Of a stretch of 32,000 nucleotides of DNA, positions 8,881-17,375 are shown in pieces (within the stretch, counting starts at the first letter, position 1; the number at the start of each line of letters is the position of its first letter). The DNA is taken from the NCBI GenBank assembly GCA_016196885.1, contig JACPWU010000009.1, positions 8,400 through 40,399 on the forward strand, in the 5' to 3' direction. Under the pieces are notes generated by a model. It worked only from the letters and a program-made list of their open reading frames with translations. It was not told the origin of the DNA and made no database searches. Source of the stretch: Chlamydiota bacterium. GTDB taxonomy: Bacteria > Auribacterota > JACPWU01. Made by a program: the position numbers and the translations under genes.

Positions 8881-8898
8881 ATTTGGTACACCAAATGT
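8879..8898. promoter_or_regulatory. Operator-like palindrome ACATTTGGT-AC-ACCAAATGT, 12 nt upstream of the ATPase ATG
   Basis: Perfect 9-2-9 inverted repeat read directly. Its position just upstream of the start codon at 8911 suggests a dimeric regulator site. No binding protein is identified. Confidence 0.3.
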
Positions 8899-8910
8899 TA
8901 AGTTACGTTT

Positions 8911-10068
8911 ATGTTTGGTGGAGTTCGAAACCTTGAAGAAGTTATTCTCTCTGACTTAGAGAAGAAGTTTGTTTTTCTCTCCGGACCTCGGCAGGTCGGA
9001 AAAACCACGCTTGCCAAGAGAATAGTGAGGGAAAAAAAAGGGATTTATCTTCTCTACGACGATGAGGAAGATCGCCAGAAAATTCTGGCCAAGTCCTACG
9101 TGTCTCAATCTTGGGTCTGTCTCGATGAATTCCATAAATTCCCCCGATGGAAAAGTCAGATCAAGGGGGTCTACGACAAATATCATGAGTCCCTTCATCT
9201 TTTGCTAACGGGCAGTGCTCGGCTTGATGTGTTTCAAAAGTCAGGCGATAGCCTTTTCGGGCGATATTATTTACATCATCTGCATCCTTTGACCTGTGGG
9301 GAACTACGCTCTTCACATTTACCCCCTCTTTTGACAGATGTCGGCATGTTGCATGAGGGAGTAGACAGCGTGAAGCCTCTTTTAAAATTTGGAGGTTTTC
9401 CAGAACCCTTTTATACACATTCAGAGAAGGAACATCGTCGCTGGTCTAACGCGAGGCGGCATCTTTTGATTCAGGAAGAATTGAGAGAAATGACACAAGT
9501 CCATCTCATCGGTTTGGTTGAACAATTGATGCTGCTTTTGCCGGATCGCATCGGTTCTTTGTTTAGTTACCATTCACTTTCGGAAGATATTCGAGTCAGT
9601 GTTCCGACCATTCAGAACTGGATGGAGATTTTTCAGAGATTGTTTATCGTTTTTAAAATCACGCCCTATTTTAGAAAAATTGCGCGTTCGATTCAAAAGC
9701 GGCCCAAATATTATTTTTATGATTGGTCCCAAATTCCAGATGAAGGGGCTCGATTTGAAAATCTTGTCGCAAGCCATCTTTGGAAAGCGGCTCAGGTATG
9801 GACAGATGTAGGTGAGGGAGATCTAGGGCTTTGTTTTATTCGGGACCGAGACCAGAGAGAAGTGGATTTTTTAATCACAAAAGACCGTAAACCTTGGTTT
9901 TTGCTGGAAGCCAAGTTATCTGAAACTCAAATTTCAGAAAATTTGAAGTATTTTTCCAGACGTCTCAATGTTCCGGCAATTCAATTGGTATTAAAGGAAG
10001 ATGTTGAACGCAGGGAAGGAAATATTTCTGTGGTCAGTGCCGACCGCTGGCTAGCTCATTTGCCGTGA
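8911..10068 (+). CDS. AAA+ ATPase fused to a PD-(D/E)xK-like nuclease domain (AAA_14/DUF4143-type architecture)
   Basis: Walker A (GPRQVGKTTL), Walker B (WVCLDEF), and a C-terminal EVDF...LLEAK pattern that fits a D...ExK nuclease core. It lies between pdxA and ksgA. Confidence 0.8.
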   Translation: MFGGVRNLEEVILSDLEKKFVFLSGPRQVGKTTLAKRIVREKKGIYLLYDDEEDRQKILAKSYVSQSWVCLDEFHKFPRWKSQIKGVYDKYHESLHLLLTGSARLDVFQKSGDSLFGRYYLHHLHPLTCGELRSSHLPPLLTDVGMLHEGVDSVKPLLKFGGFPEPFYTHSEKEHRRWSNARRHLLIQEELREMTQVHLIGLVEQLMLLLPDRIGSLFSYHSLSEDIRVSVPTIQNWMEIFQRLFIVFKITPYFRKIARSIQKRPKYYFYDWSQIPDEGARFENLVASHLWKAAQVWTDVGEGDLGLCFIRDRDQREVDFLITKDRKPWFLLEAKLSETQISENLKYFSRRLNVPAIQLVLKEDVERREGNISVVSADRWLAHLP

Positions 10069-10093
10069 AATTAAGTTTCAGGAAATTCTTTAG

Positions 10094-10969
10094 ATGGAAT
10101 CGATAAAAATAGATTCTTTTCTAAGTCTGCAGTCAGTCAAAAAAATCCTTTCGGATGAGGATGTTTTTCCCCGTCGGAGATTTGGACAGAATTTTTTGGT
10201 GGATCGTCATGCGCTTGAAAAAATTGCTCAGGCTGCGCAATTAGGGACCGAAGACAATGTTCTGGAGGTAGGGCCGGGTTTGGGGGCTTTAACAGGACTT
10301 CTTGTGAAACAGGCAAAAAAAGTTTTGGCGGTTGAAATTGATGAGAAACTTGCATCATTCTTAAAAAATAGATTTCAGGTGAGGAAAAATTTCTCACTGC
10401 TTCAAGCCGATATCTTGGAAGCAGATCTGCCTAAGCTTTTGAAAGAATCTTTTGGATCCGCTCCTTTTACGGTGATGGGCAATCTGCCTTATCGCATTTC
10501 AACCCAAATTCTATTTCGGTTTTTGGAGTGTTCGGTTCAACCCAGAAGCATGATTTTTGCTTTTCAATGGGAAGTGGCCGAGCGGCTTTGGGCTAGTCCT
10601 GGTACTAAAGATTATGGGGCTATGACTTTGACAGCCCAGTTTTATGCCCAGGTTGAGAAAGTGCTTAAGATTAAAAAGGCCTCTTTTTATCCTGCGCCTG
10701 AAATAGATACGGGTGTTGTGAAGTTCATTCCTCGAAAATTAGATTTGAAACTGACTTCAGAGGAGGAACAAAAACTCTTGCAATGGATTCGTTTTGGGTT
10801 TGCACAGAGGCGTAAAACGCTTAAAAACGCGTTGACAAATTCTTCCAGCCTCCCCTACACTGGGGAAGATTTTGATCGGGCTTTGAACAAAATTGGACTC
10901 CCCGTGAATGTGCGGGCTGAGAATTTGAAGCTGGTCGATTTTGCGAATTTGGTGAAAATTTTTAGGTGA
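10094..10969 (+). CDS. rsmA: 16S rRNA (adenine1518/1519-N6)-dimethyltransferase RsmA/KsgA
   Basis: RFGQNFL motif, SAM-binding VLEVGPGLGALT, and GNLPY motif. Confidence 0.9.
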   Translation: MESIKIDSFLSLQSVKKILSDEDVFPRRRFGQNFLVDRHALEKIAQAAQLGTEDNVLEVGPGLGALTGLLVKQAKKVLAVEIDEKLASFLKNRFQVRKNFSLLQADILEADLPKLLKESFGSAPFTVMGNLPYRISTQILFRFLECSVQPRSMIFAFQWEVAERLWASPGTKDYGAMTLTAQFYAQVEKVLKIKKASFYPAPEIDTGVVKFIPRKLDLKLTSEEEQKLLQWIRFGFAQRRKTLKNALTNSSSLPYTGEDFDRALNKIGLPVNVRAENLKLVDFANLVKIFR

Positions 10970-10980
10970 GAGGTATTGAT

Positions 10981-11265
10981 ATGAAAGTTGAAATGAACAT
11001 TGATGATGTGGCAAAGCTTGCCCGCTTAAAATTAAGCGCTGAAGAACGGGAAAAATTTTCATCTCAAATGTCCGATATTCTTTCCTACGTTCAGAAATTG
11101 AATGCCGTAGATACGACGCATGTTCAGGCGGCTGATCATGTTGAAGCGGTTCAAAATGTCACGCGACCAGATGAGGTAAAACCCTCTCTGGATCCAGACT
11201 CTTTTTTGAAACATGCACCTCTCGGCCGGGATCAATTTTTCATTGTCCCTCAGGTGATTGAGTGA
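10981..11265 (+). CDS. gatC: Glu/Asp-tRNA amidotransferase subunit C
   Basis: GatC-like N-terminus (DDVAKLARLKLSAEEREKFSSQMSDILSYVQKLN). The track start is GTG 10966, which overlaps ksgA. ATG 10981 is preceded by GAGAGG. Confidence 0.85.
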   Translation: MKVEMNIDDVAKLARLKLSAEEREKFSSQMSDILSYVQKLNAVDTTHVQAADHVEAVQNVTRPDEVKPSLDPDSFLKHAPLGRDQFFIVPQVIE

Positions 11266-11283
11266 TTTTTTAAGGAAAAGCGA

Positions 11284-12744
11284 ATGAGTGAATCGTTGAT
11301 GGATTTAACATTGCATGAATTGTCTGAGCTAATGCGCGCTCGAAAAATTTCCTCTCTGGAGGTCATGCAGGCAAAGCTTGCGCGTTTAAAAGAGAGAGAA
11401 CCTCAAATTCATGCCTATATTCGCTGGGATGAAAAAGCTGCAATAGAAGAGGCGCGCCAACGGGACAATGTCCAAGATCATCAAGGATCTTTATGGGGGC
11501 TTCCTATTGCCAATAAAGACATTATTTGTGTCGAAGGGGTTGAGACTTCTTGCGCTTCTAAAATTCTTTCAGGATATATTCCTCCCTACAATGCGACAGT
11601 GGTTGAACGGTTGCGGGGAGAAGGGGCTATTTTATTTGGCAATACGAATATGGATGAGTTTGCCATGGGGTCTTCGACAGAGACGTCCCACTTTGGGGTG
11701 ACCCGAAATCCCTGGGATTTAACTCGGACGCCCGGAGGATCGAGCGGGGGTTCTGCGGCTGCAGTGGCCGGAGGGCTTGCAATTGCTGCTTTGGGAACAG
11801 ACACGGGGGGCTCCATTCGTCAGCCGGCGGCTCTTTGTGGTTGTGTCGGACTCAAGCCGACTTATGGACGTGTGTCTCGCTATGGATTGATTGCCTTTGC
11901 CTCGAGTTTGGATCAAATTGGACCCATCACTCAAGATGTGGAAGATGCGGCTCTTCTTTTAGAGATTTTAGCGGGACATGATTCTAAGGATTCGACCTCT
12001 CTCAAAGTGGAAGTGCCTCGATACCGAGAGCATTTAAAAAAGGGAATTCGAGACATGAAGCTTGGCCTTCCCAAAGAATATTTTATTTCGGGTTTAGATC
12101 CTCAGGTGAAGGTGGCGATTGATGAAGCGATAAAAGTTTATACAAATTTGGGGGTGGAAGTTGTGGAATGTCAGTTGCCTTATACCGAATATGCGGTGGC
12201 CACTTATTATGTTTTGGCGACGGCTCAAGCCAGCTCAAATTTAGCTCGTTATGATGGCGTTCAATATGGTTATCGTGCTCCAAACTTTTCTAATCTGGTT
12301 GACATGTATTTTGAAACACGCTCGCTTGGATTTGGGCCTGAAGTCAAACGCAGAATTATTTTGGGAACGTATGCTTTAAGTTCGGGTTATTATGATGCCT
12401 ATTATTTAAAAGCCCAAAAAATGAGAACGCTCATTCGGCAAGATTTTGAAGAGGCTTTTAAAAAATGCGATGCGATTTTGACACCGACTTCTCCTTCGTG
12501 TGCTTTTAAAATTGGGGAAAGAATGAATGATCCTTTGACCATGTATCTTTCCGATATTTTTACGATTTCGGCTAATTTGGCGGGGATTCCTGGGATTTCG
12601 ATTCCTTGCGGTTTTTCGAAAGAGGGTTTGCCTGTAGGGCTTCAGATTTTGGGAAAACATTTTGATGAGGCGACGCTTCTAAGGACTGCCTATGCATTTG
12701 AACAGGCGACAGATCATCATAAAAGAAAGCCCGTTGTAAGATAG
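11284..12744 (+). CDS. gatA: Glu/Asp-tRNA amidotransferase subunit A
   Basis: Amidase signature [12 protein letters not shown] and [12 protein letters not shown]. 486 aa. Confidence 0.95.
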   Translation: MSESLMDLTLHELSELMRARKISSLEVMQAKLARLKEREPQIHAYIRWDEKAAIEEARQRDNVQDHQGSLWGLPIANKDIICVEGVETSCASKILSGYIPPYNATVVERLRGEGAILFGNTNMDEFAMGSSTETSHFGVTRNPWDLTRTPGGSSGGSAAAVAGGLAIAALGTDTGGSIRQPAALCGCVGLKPTYGRVSRYGLIAFASSLDQIGPITQDVEDAALLLEILAGHDSKDSTSLKVEVPRYREHLKKGIRDMKLGLPKEYFISGLDPQVKVAIDEAIKVYTNLGVEVVECQLPYTEYAVATYYVLATAQASSNLARYDGVQYGYRAPNFSNLVDMYFETRSLGFGPEVKRRIILGTYALSSGYYDAYYLKAQKMRTLIRQDFEEAFKKCDAILTPTSPSCAFKIGERMNDPLTMYLSDIFTISANLAGIPGISIPCGFSKEGLPVGLQILGKHFDEATLLRTAYAFEQATDHHKRKPVVR

Positions 12745-12756
12745 AAAAGGTATTTT

Positions 12757-14181
12757 ATGGATTACGAACCCGTCATAGGTCTAGAAGTTCATGTTCAGCT
12801 CAAAACAGCGTCCAAGCTTTTTTGCGGCTGTTCGACGAAGTTTGGAGCGCTTCCTAACGCGCAGGTGTGTCCGGTCTGTTTAGGCTATCCCGGGGTGTTG
12901 CCTGTTTTAAATGAGAAGGCTCTGACCCTTGCGGTTATGGCGGGTCTAGCTATGGGGTCGACGGTTGCTCTCTACAGTAAATTTGATCGTAAAAATTATT
13001 TTTATCCCGATTTACCCAAGGCTTATCAAGTTTCACAATATGATGAGCCTATTTGTCTCGGAGGAAAAATTGACATTGAGGTAGAAGGGACACGCAAAGA
13101 GATTCGTTTGACGCGCATTCATTTAGAAGAGGATGCGGGGAAATCCATGCATTTCAAAGGCGACACAGGTGTGGATTACAATCGTACTGGAATCCCTTTG
13201 ATTGAAATTGTATCAGAGCCCGATTTAAGGTCTCCTCAGGAGGCCTATCAATACTTAAAAGAGCTGAAAACGATTTTAGAATATTTGGATGTGAGTGATT
13301 GCAACATGGAAGAGGGGAGTCTTCGCTGTGATGCGAATGTTTCTTTGAGGCCGGTAGGTGAGAAAAAAATGGGGACGCGAGCGGAAATCAAAAATCTGAA
13401 TTCTTTTCACAATGTTGAAAAAGCAATTACATATGAAATTGAACGCCAAAAAGAACTTTTGTCTCGGGGTGAGCGTATTGTTCAGGAGACTCGGCTTTGG
13501 AATGCGGATGAAAGCTTTACGCGTTCGATGCGAAGCAAAGAAGCCGCCCATGATTATCGTTATTTCCCTGAACCCGATTTAGTTCCGATCGTCTTTTCTG
13601 CTAAAGAGATTGAATCCGTTCGAGTGAGTTTACCAGAGCTTGCCCAGAGGCGCAAAGAGCGCTTTATGAAGGATTTTGCTTTGACGGCCTATGACGCGGA
13701 GGTTTTGACGGCCCAAAAAGACCTTGCCGATTTTTTTGAGCGCTGCCTAAAATATTCTAAAAATGCAAAGGCGATTAGCAATTGGATGATGGGCGATTTA
13801 ATGAGAGAATTGAAGTTGAAAGATTTGGGAATAGCCCAGTCTCCTATGTCCCCGGAGCATATTGCAGGATTGATTGAACTGATGGATCAAGGAAAAATCA
13901 GCGGAAAAATGGCCAAAGATGTTTTTCTTGAAATGTTTGGCACAGGAAAATCTGCGCAAGAGATTGTGAGCGCGAAGGGATTGAGTCAGCTTTCAGATTC
14001 CTCTCAAATTGAGGGTGTGGTCAAAAAAGTGATTCAGGAAAATCCACCTTCGGTTCAGGATTACCGAAATGGAAAGAAGAATGCTCTGAGTTATTTGGTA
14101 GGACAAGTGATGAAGGCCACTCAGGGTCGTGCAAATCCGAAGATGGTGAATGAGTTGTTGGTGAAAGAATTGGAAAAATAG
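12757..14181 (+). CDS. gatB: Glu/Asp-tRNA amidotransferase subunit B
   Basis: YEPVIGLEVHVQL N-terminus, CPVCLGYPGVLP, and a C-terminal GatB/YqeY domain. The TAG stop is the first nucleotides of the downstream heptamer array. Confidence 0.95.
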   Translation: MDYEPVIGLEVHVQLKTASKLFCGCSTKFGALPNAQVCPVCLGYPGVLPVLNEKALTLAVMAGLAMGSTVALYSKFDRKNYFYPDLPKAYQVSQYDEPICLGGKIDIEVEGTRKEIRLTRIHLEEDAGKSMHFKGDTGVDYNRTGIPLIEIVSEPDLRSPQEAYQYLKELKTILEYLDVSDCNMEEGSLRCDANVSLRPVGEKKMGTRAEIKNLNSFHNVEKAITYEIERQKELLSRGERIVQETRLWNADESFTRSMRSKEAAHDYRYFPEPDLVPIVFSAKEIESVRVSLPELAQRRKERFMKDFALTAYDAEVLTAQKDLADFFERCLKYSKNAKAISNWMMGDLMRELKLKDLGIAQSPMSPEHIAGLIELMDQGKISGKMAKDVFLEMFGTGKSAQEIVSAKGLSQLSDSSQIEGVVKKVIQENPPSVQDYRNGKKNALSYLVGQVMKATQGRANPKMVNELLVKELEK

Positions 14182-14261
14182 CGTACAGCGGATAGCGTTC
14201 AGCGTACAGGAAAAACACAATTCCTGATAAACTGAACGCTGTACGCTGATCGCTGAACGCT
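14180..14261. repeat. Heptamer-armed palindromic element, AGCGTNN family, full copy (type specimen)
   Basis: Left arm is AGCGTAC AGCGGAT AGCGTTC AGCGTAC AG (14180-14209). Core is GAAAAACACAATTCCTGATAAA (14210-14231). Right arm is CTGAACG CTGTACG CTGATCG CTGAACG CT (14232-14261). It is followed by AGGAG and the accD ATG. Confidence 0.85.
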
Positions 14262-14273
14262 AGGAGTTTTATC

Positions 14274-15125
14274 ATGGCTCTTTTTAAACGACCGAATTTT
14301 CTTCTGACCCAAAGCAAGAAGCGCGGTGTTCCAGGCGGGCTTTGGACCAAATGTGAAAGCTGTCAAGAGTTGATTTACAACAAGGAATGGGAAAATTCAC
14401 TCAAGGTTTGTCCAAAGTGTAAACATCATTGTAGTTTGTCGGCTCCTGAACGTATTCGTCTTTTGGTGGACGAGGGCACTTTTGAAGAATTTGATCCCAA
14501 CTTGATTCCGTCGGATCCCTTAAAATTTAGAGGGCCTAAATCTTATCCTGAAAAAGTGCTTCAGGATCAAGCGATGACAGGTCTTAAAGAGGCGGTGATG
14601 ACAGGGAGGGGAAAGATAGAAGGTATTTCAACTGTTTTAGCCGTGACGGATTCTCGTTTTATCATGGGATCGATGGGCAGTGTGGTGGGGGAAAAAATCA
14701 CGCGAGCCATTGAGAAGGCGATTGAAGAGGGACTTCATGTCATCATTGTCTCGGGCTCGGGTGGGGGGGCTCGCATGTATGAAGGGTGTCTTTCTCTCAT
14801 GCAAATGGCGAAAACCAGCGCGGCCTTGGCCAAATTGAGCGAAGCGGGTTTATTTTTTATTTCGGTTCTCACGCATCCAACCATGGCGGGGATTATGGCG
14901 AGCTTTGCCTCTCTTGGAGATGTGATTGTAGCGGAACCGCGGGCCCTTTTGGGTTTCACAGGCCCGCGTGTGATTAAGCAAACGATACAACAGGAATTGC
15001 CTCCCGGATTTCAGACCTCTGAATTTCTGCTCGCCCACGGCATGATTGATGGCATTGTCGAGCGCCCTGAATTGAAAAAGACGATTGCGAAGTTTTTGAA
15101 TTATTTTTCGTGGGGGAGAAGGTAA
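14274..15125 (+). CDS. accD: Acetyl-CoA carboxylase carboxyltransferase beta subunit
   Basis: N-terminal Zn-ribbon C-x2-C...C-x2-C (CESCQE...CPKCKHH) and a carboxyltransferase domain (GGARMYEG). Confidence 0.95.
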   Translation: MALFKRPNFLLTQSKKRGVPGGLWTKCESCQELIYNKEWENSLKVCPKCKHHCSLSAPERIRLLVDEGTFEEFDPNLIPSDPLKFRGPKSYPEKVLQDQAMTGLKEAVMTGRGKIEGISTVLAVTDSRFIMGSMGSVVGEKITRAIEKAIEEGLHVIIVSGSGGGARMYEGCLSLMQMAKTSAALAKLSEAGLFFISVLTHPTMAGIMASFASLGDVIVAEPRALLGFTGPRVIKQTIQQELPPGFQTSEFLLAHGMIDGIVERPELKKTIAKFLNYFSWGRR

Positions 15126-15128
15126 AAT

Positions 15129-15171
15129 TTAGAATTAACAATTAAAAATTAAGAATTGAAAAAAGTAAAAC
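15129..15171. repeat. Half heptamer element (TAANAAT arm + core), no right arm
   Basis: Arm is TTAGAAT TAACAAT TAAAAAT TAAGAAT TG, followed by AAAAAAGTAAAAC, which resembles the shared core. Confidence 0.6.
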
Positions 15172-15190
15172 CTACCCCCTGTTTTTCAGA

Positions 15191-16507
15191 ATGAATACGA
15201 ATATCGAATATCAAAAGACTCTCTCCTGGCTAGACACCCGATCCCGCTTCGGGATGAAATTGGACCTTGAGAATATTCGAGAGTTACTCGAGGCCTTGGG
15301 AAATCCTCATTCCAAGCTCAATGTTGTTCATGTGGCCGGGACCAATGGCAAAGGCTCCACTTGTGCCATGATGGTTTCTATTCTCAGAGAGGCGGGTTAC
15401 TCGGTAGGGCTTTACACATCTCCCCATTTAATTTCTCCTCGAGAAAGAATTCAAAAAAATGGGGAGTGGATTTCAGAAGGGCATTTTGTGAAGGGGATTT
15501 TGGAGATTAGATGTATCACTGAAAATTTGGAGGCGAAAAATATTTTCCCCACTTATTTTGAATTGATCACTGCCTTGGCCTTTTGGTTTTTTGCCCAAAA
15601 GAAGGTAGATTGGGTGGTTTTAGAAACGGGGATGGGGGGGCGTTTGGATGCGACCAATATTGTGAATTCTAAAACGCAAGTGATTACGAATATAGATTTA
15701 GAACACACGCAGTATTTGGGGAAAACCATAGGAGAAATTGCATCTGAGAAGGCGGGCATTATTAAATCAGGCTCTCATGTGGTCACAGCGGCTCAGGGAG
15801 AGGCACTGGAAGTCATTGAGGCAAGGGCGGATCTTTTAGGGGCTCGGGTATTGCGTCTGGGTCATGAACTTTCTTTTGAGAAAATAAACGCAGATTTAGA
15901 AGCTCAGAGATTTAAAATTCATACAACGCGCGATCATTATGATGTTTGTTTAAAACTTTTGGGTTCTCATCAGATGGAAAATGCTGTTTTGGCGGTAGCG
16001 GCTGTAGAGTGTTTGAGAGAAGGAGGCGCTTTAATCTCAAACGAAGCCGTTTTGTCCGGTTTAGAAAAGGCTTGTTGGCCGGGACGTTTTGAGGTGATTC
16101 AACGGGATCCTTTGGTCATTTTGGATGCGGCTCATAATCCAGCGGGGGCTCAGGTTCTAGCTAGAACCTGGAAAAAATATTTGAAGAATGAAAAAGCCTT
16201 GCTCATATTCAGTGCCTTGAAAGACAAAGATGTAGAGGGAATGGTTCAGGAATTATCAAATATTGTGAGAGAGGTAAGATTAGTCCAAGTTCATCATGAA
16301 AGAGGGTTATCACTGGGAGAGCTTGAGGACGCTTGGGAAAAAGTTCTTCCCCCTTCTCAGATTCACGCGTCTTCTCTCGAGGAGATGTTAGAATTTATTC
16401 ACGACGACAATCGAAAGGCACCTCTTTTAATTACAGGTTCTATTTATTTGTTGGGGGAGGTGCTTGAGAAAATGTGCCAACGTCATAATGTGCCAATGTG
16501 CCAATGA
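15191..16507 (+). CDS. folC: Bifunctional folylpolyglutamate synthase / dihydrofolate synthase
   Basis: Mur-ligase P-loop (VAGTNGKGST) and DAAHNP motif. It follows accD, as in the E. coli accD-folC arrangement. The last ~12 codons (MCQRHNVPMCQ) are read from the ATGTGCCA repeat array. Confidence 0.9.
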   Translation: MNTNIEYQKTLSWLDTRSRFGMKLDLENIRELLEALGNPHSKLNVVHVAGTNGKGSTCAMMVSILREAGYSVGLYTSPHLISPRERIQKNGEWISEGHFVKGILEIRCITENLEAKNIFPTYFELITALAFWFFAQKKVDWVVLETGMGGRLDATNIVNSKTQVITNIDLEHTQYLGKTIGEIASEKAGIIKSGSHVVTAAQGEALEVIEARADLLGARVLRLGHELSFEKINADLEAQRFKIHTTRDHYDVCLKLLGSHQMENAVLAVAAVECLREGGALISNEAVLSGLEKACWPGRFEVIQRDPLVILDAAHNPAGAQVLARTWKKYLKNEKALLIFSALKDKDVEGMVQELSNIVREVRLVQVHHERGLSLGELEDAWEKVLPPSQIHASSLEEMLEFIHDDNRKAPLLITGSIYLLGEVLEKMCQRHNVPMCQ

Positions 16508-16550
16508 CAAATGAATGATTTATGACATCGGCACATCGTTTTCGGCACAT
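16472..16550. repeat. Octamer/heptamer-armed palindrome (ATGTGCCA family) between convergent folC and rnc; likely bidirectional terminator
   Basis: Left arm is ATGTGCCA ACGTCATA ATGTGCCA ATGTGCCA ATGAC. The loop is A/T-rich. Right arm is ATCGGCACATCG TTTTCGGCACAT, followed by TTTTTATTT. ATGTGCC pairs with GGCACAT. Confidence 0.7.
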
Positions 16551-16552
16551 TT

Positions 16553-17266
16553 TTATTTCTCTTCCAAAATTTTTTCATACGCTGCCTTCGCGGCATTCTT
16601 CTCTGCTTCTTTCTTGCTGGGGCCAGAACCGTGGCCGTACACCTCTCCCTTGATGGTGACCGTGGCCTCAAAATGTTTTTTATGATCCGGGCCTGTTTCA
16701 GAGATGATGGCGTAAACAGGATTGCTTTTGTGCTTGATATGAGAGACTTCCTGCAAAAGATTTTTGTATTCCTTCGTGTGGATTTCATGCGGAAGTTTTT
16801 TGAGCAATCCTTTGAATTGTGAGAGGATAAATTTTCGAGCAGAGCGTATTCCGCCGTCCAGATAAATCGCCCCCATCAGGCTTTCAAAGGCATTCGCCAA
16901 GATCGAATCACGGCTGCGCCCTCCAGAGGCTTCTTCTCCTTTGCTTAAGAATAAATATTTGCCCAGGTCGATGTCTCGAGCCAGGATGGCCAAGGTTTCT
17001 CTTCGGATGAGCATGGATTTAATGATCGAGAGCTCACCCTCCTGATAGGTTTCAAACTTTCTGAAGAGAACGTCGGTGATCACCAATCCTAGAACAGAAT
17101 CTCCCAAGAACTCGAGCCGCTCGTTGTCTTTGACATCCATTTTTTGGCCATCATAGACAAAGGATTTGTGGCAAAGGGCCTCGTAGGCAAGATGTTTATG
17201 CTTGAAGGGATGACGAATCAATTTTTCAAGTTTGGCGAGCAATTTTTCTTCGCTTTTTGTTTTCAC
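16553..17266 (-). CDS. rnc: Ribonuclease III
   Basis: RNase III signature ERLEFLGDSVLGLVITD and a C-terminal dsRBD (GPDHKKHFEATVTIKG...PSKKEAEKNAAKAAY). The only in-frame ATG (17461) adds 65 non-conserved residues and overlaps the tolC-like start. GTG 17266 gives a canonical 237-aa protein. The start is uncertain. Confidence 0.88.
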   Translation of the reverse strand: MKTKSEEKLLAKLEKLIRHPFKHKHLAYEALCHKSFVYDGQKMDVKDNERLEFLGDSVLGLVITDVLFRKFETYQEGELSIIKSMLIRRETLAILARDIDLGKYLFLSKGEEASGGRSRDSILANAFESLMGAIYLDGGIRSARKFILSQFKGLLKKLPHEIHTKEYKNLLQEVSHIKHKSNPVYAIISETGPDHKKHFEATVTIKGEVYGHGSGPSKKEAEKNAAKAAYEKILEEK

Positions 17267-17375
17267 GCTAAAGTACTTTACCAAATTGAAGGGGGTGGAT
17301 TCAAGAGATGGTGAAATATTGTGTGTTCCCTCCCAAATTTGATACACTTCACATGATTGTGAGAATGAGGAAGCT

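Noticed and set aside
10966-10980. GTG 10966 as the gatC start (MRGID...)
   Set aside because: It overlaps the ksgA stop and adds non-conserved residues. ATG 10981 has a GAGAGG Shine-Dalgarno and gives a typical GatC N-terminus.
14180-14261. The tandem short repeats could be mistaken for a CRISPR array
   Set aside because: The units are 7 nt and directly abutting, with no spacers. The arrays are only about 4 units long, are arranged as inverted arms, and there are no cas genes.
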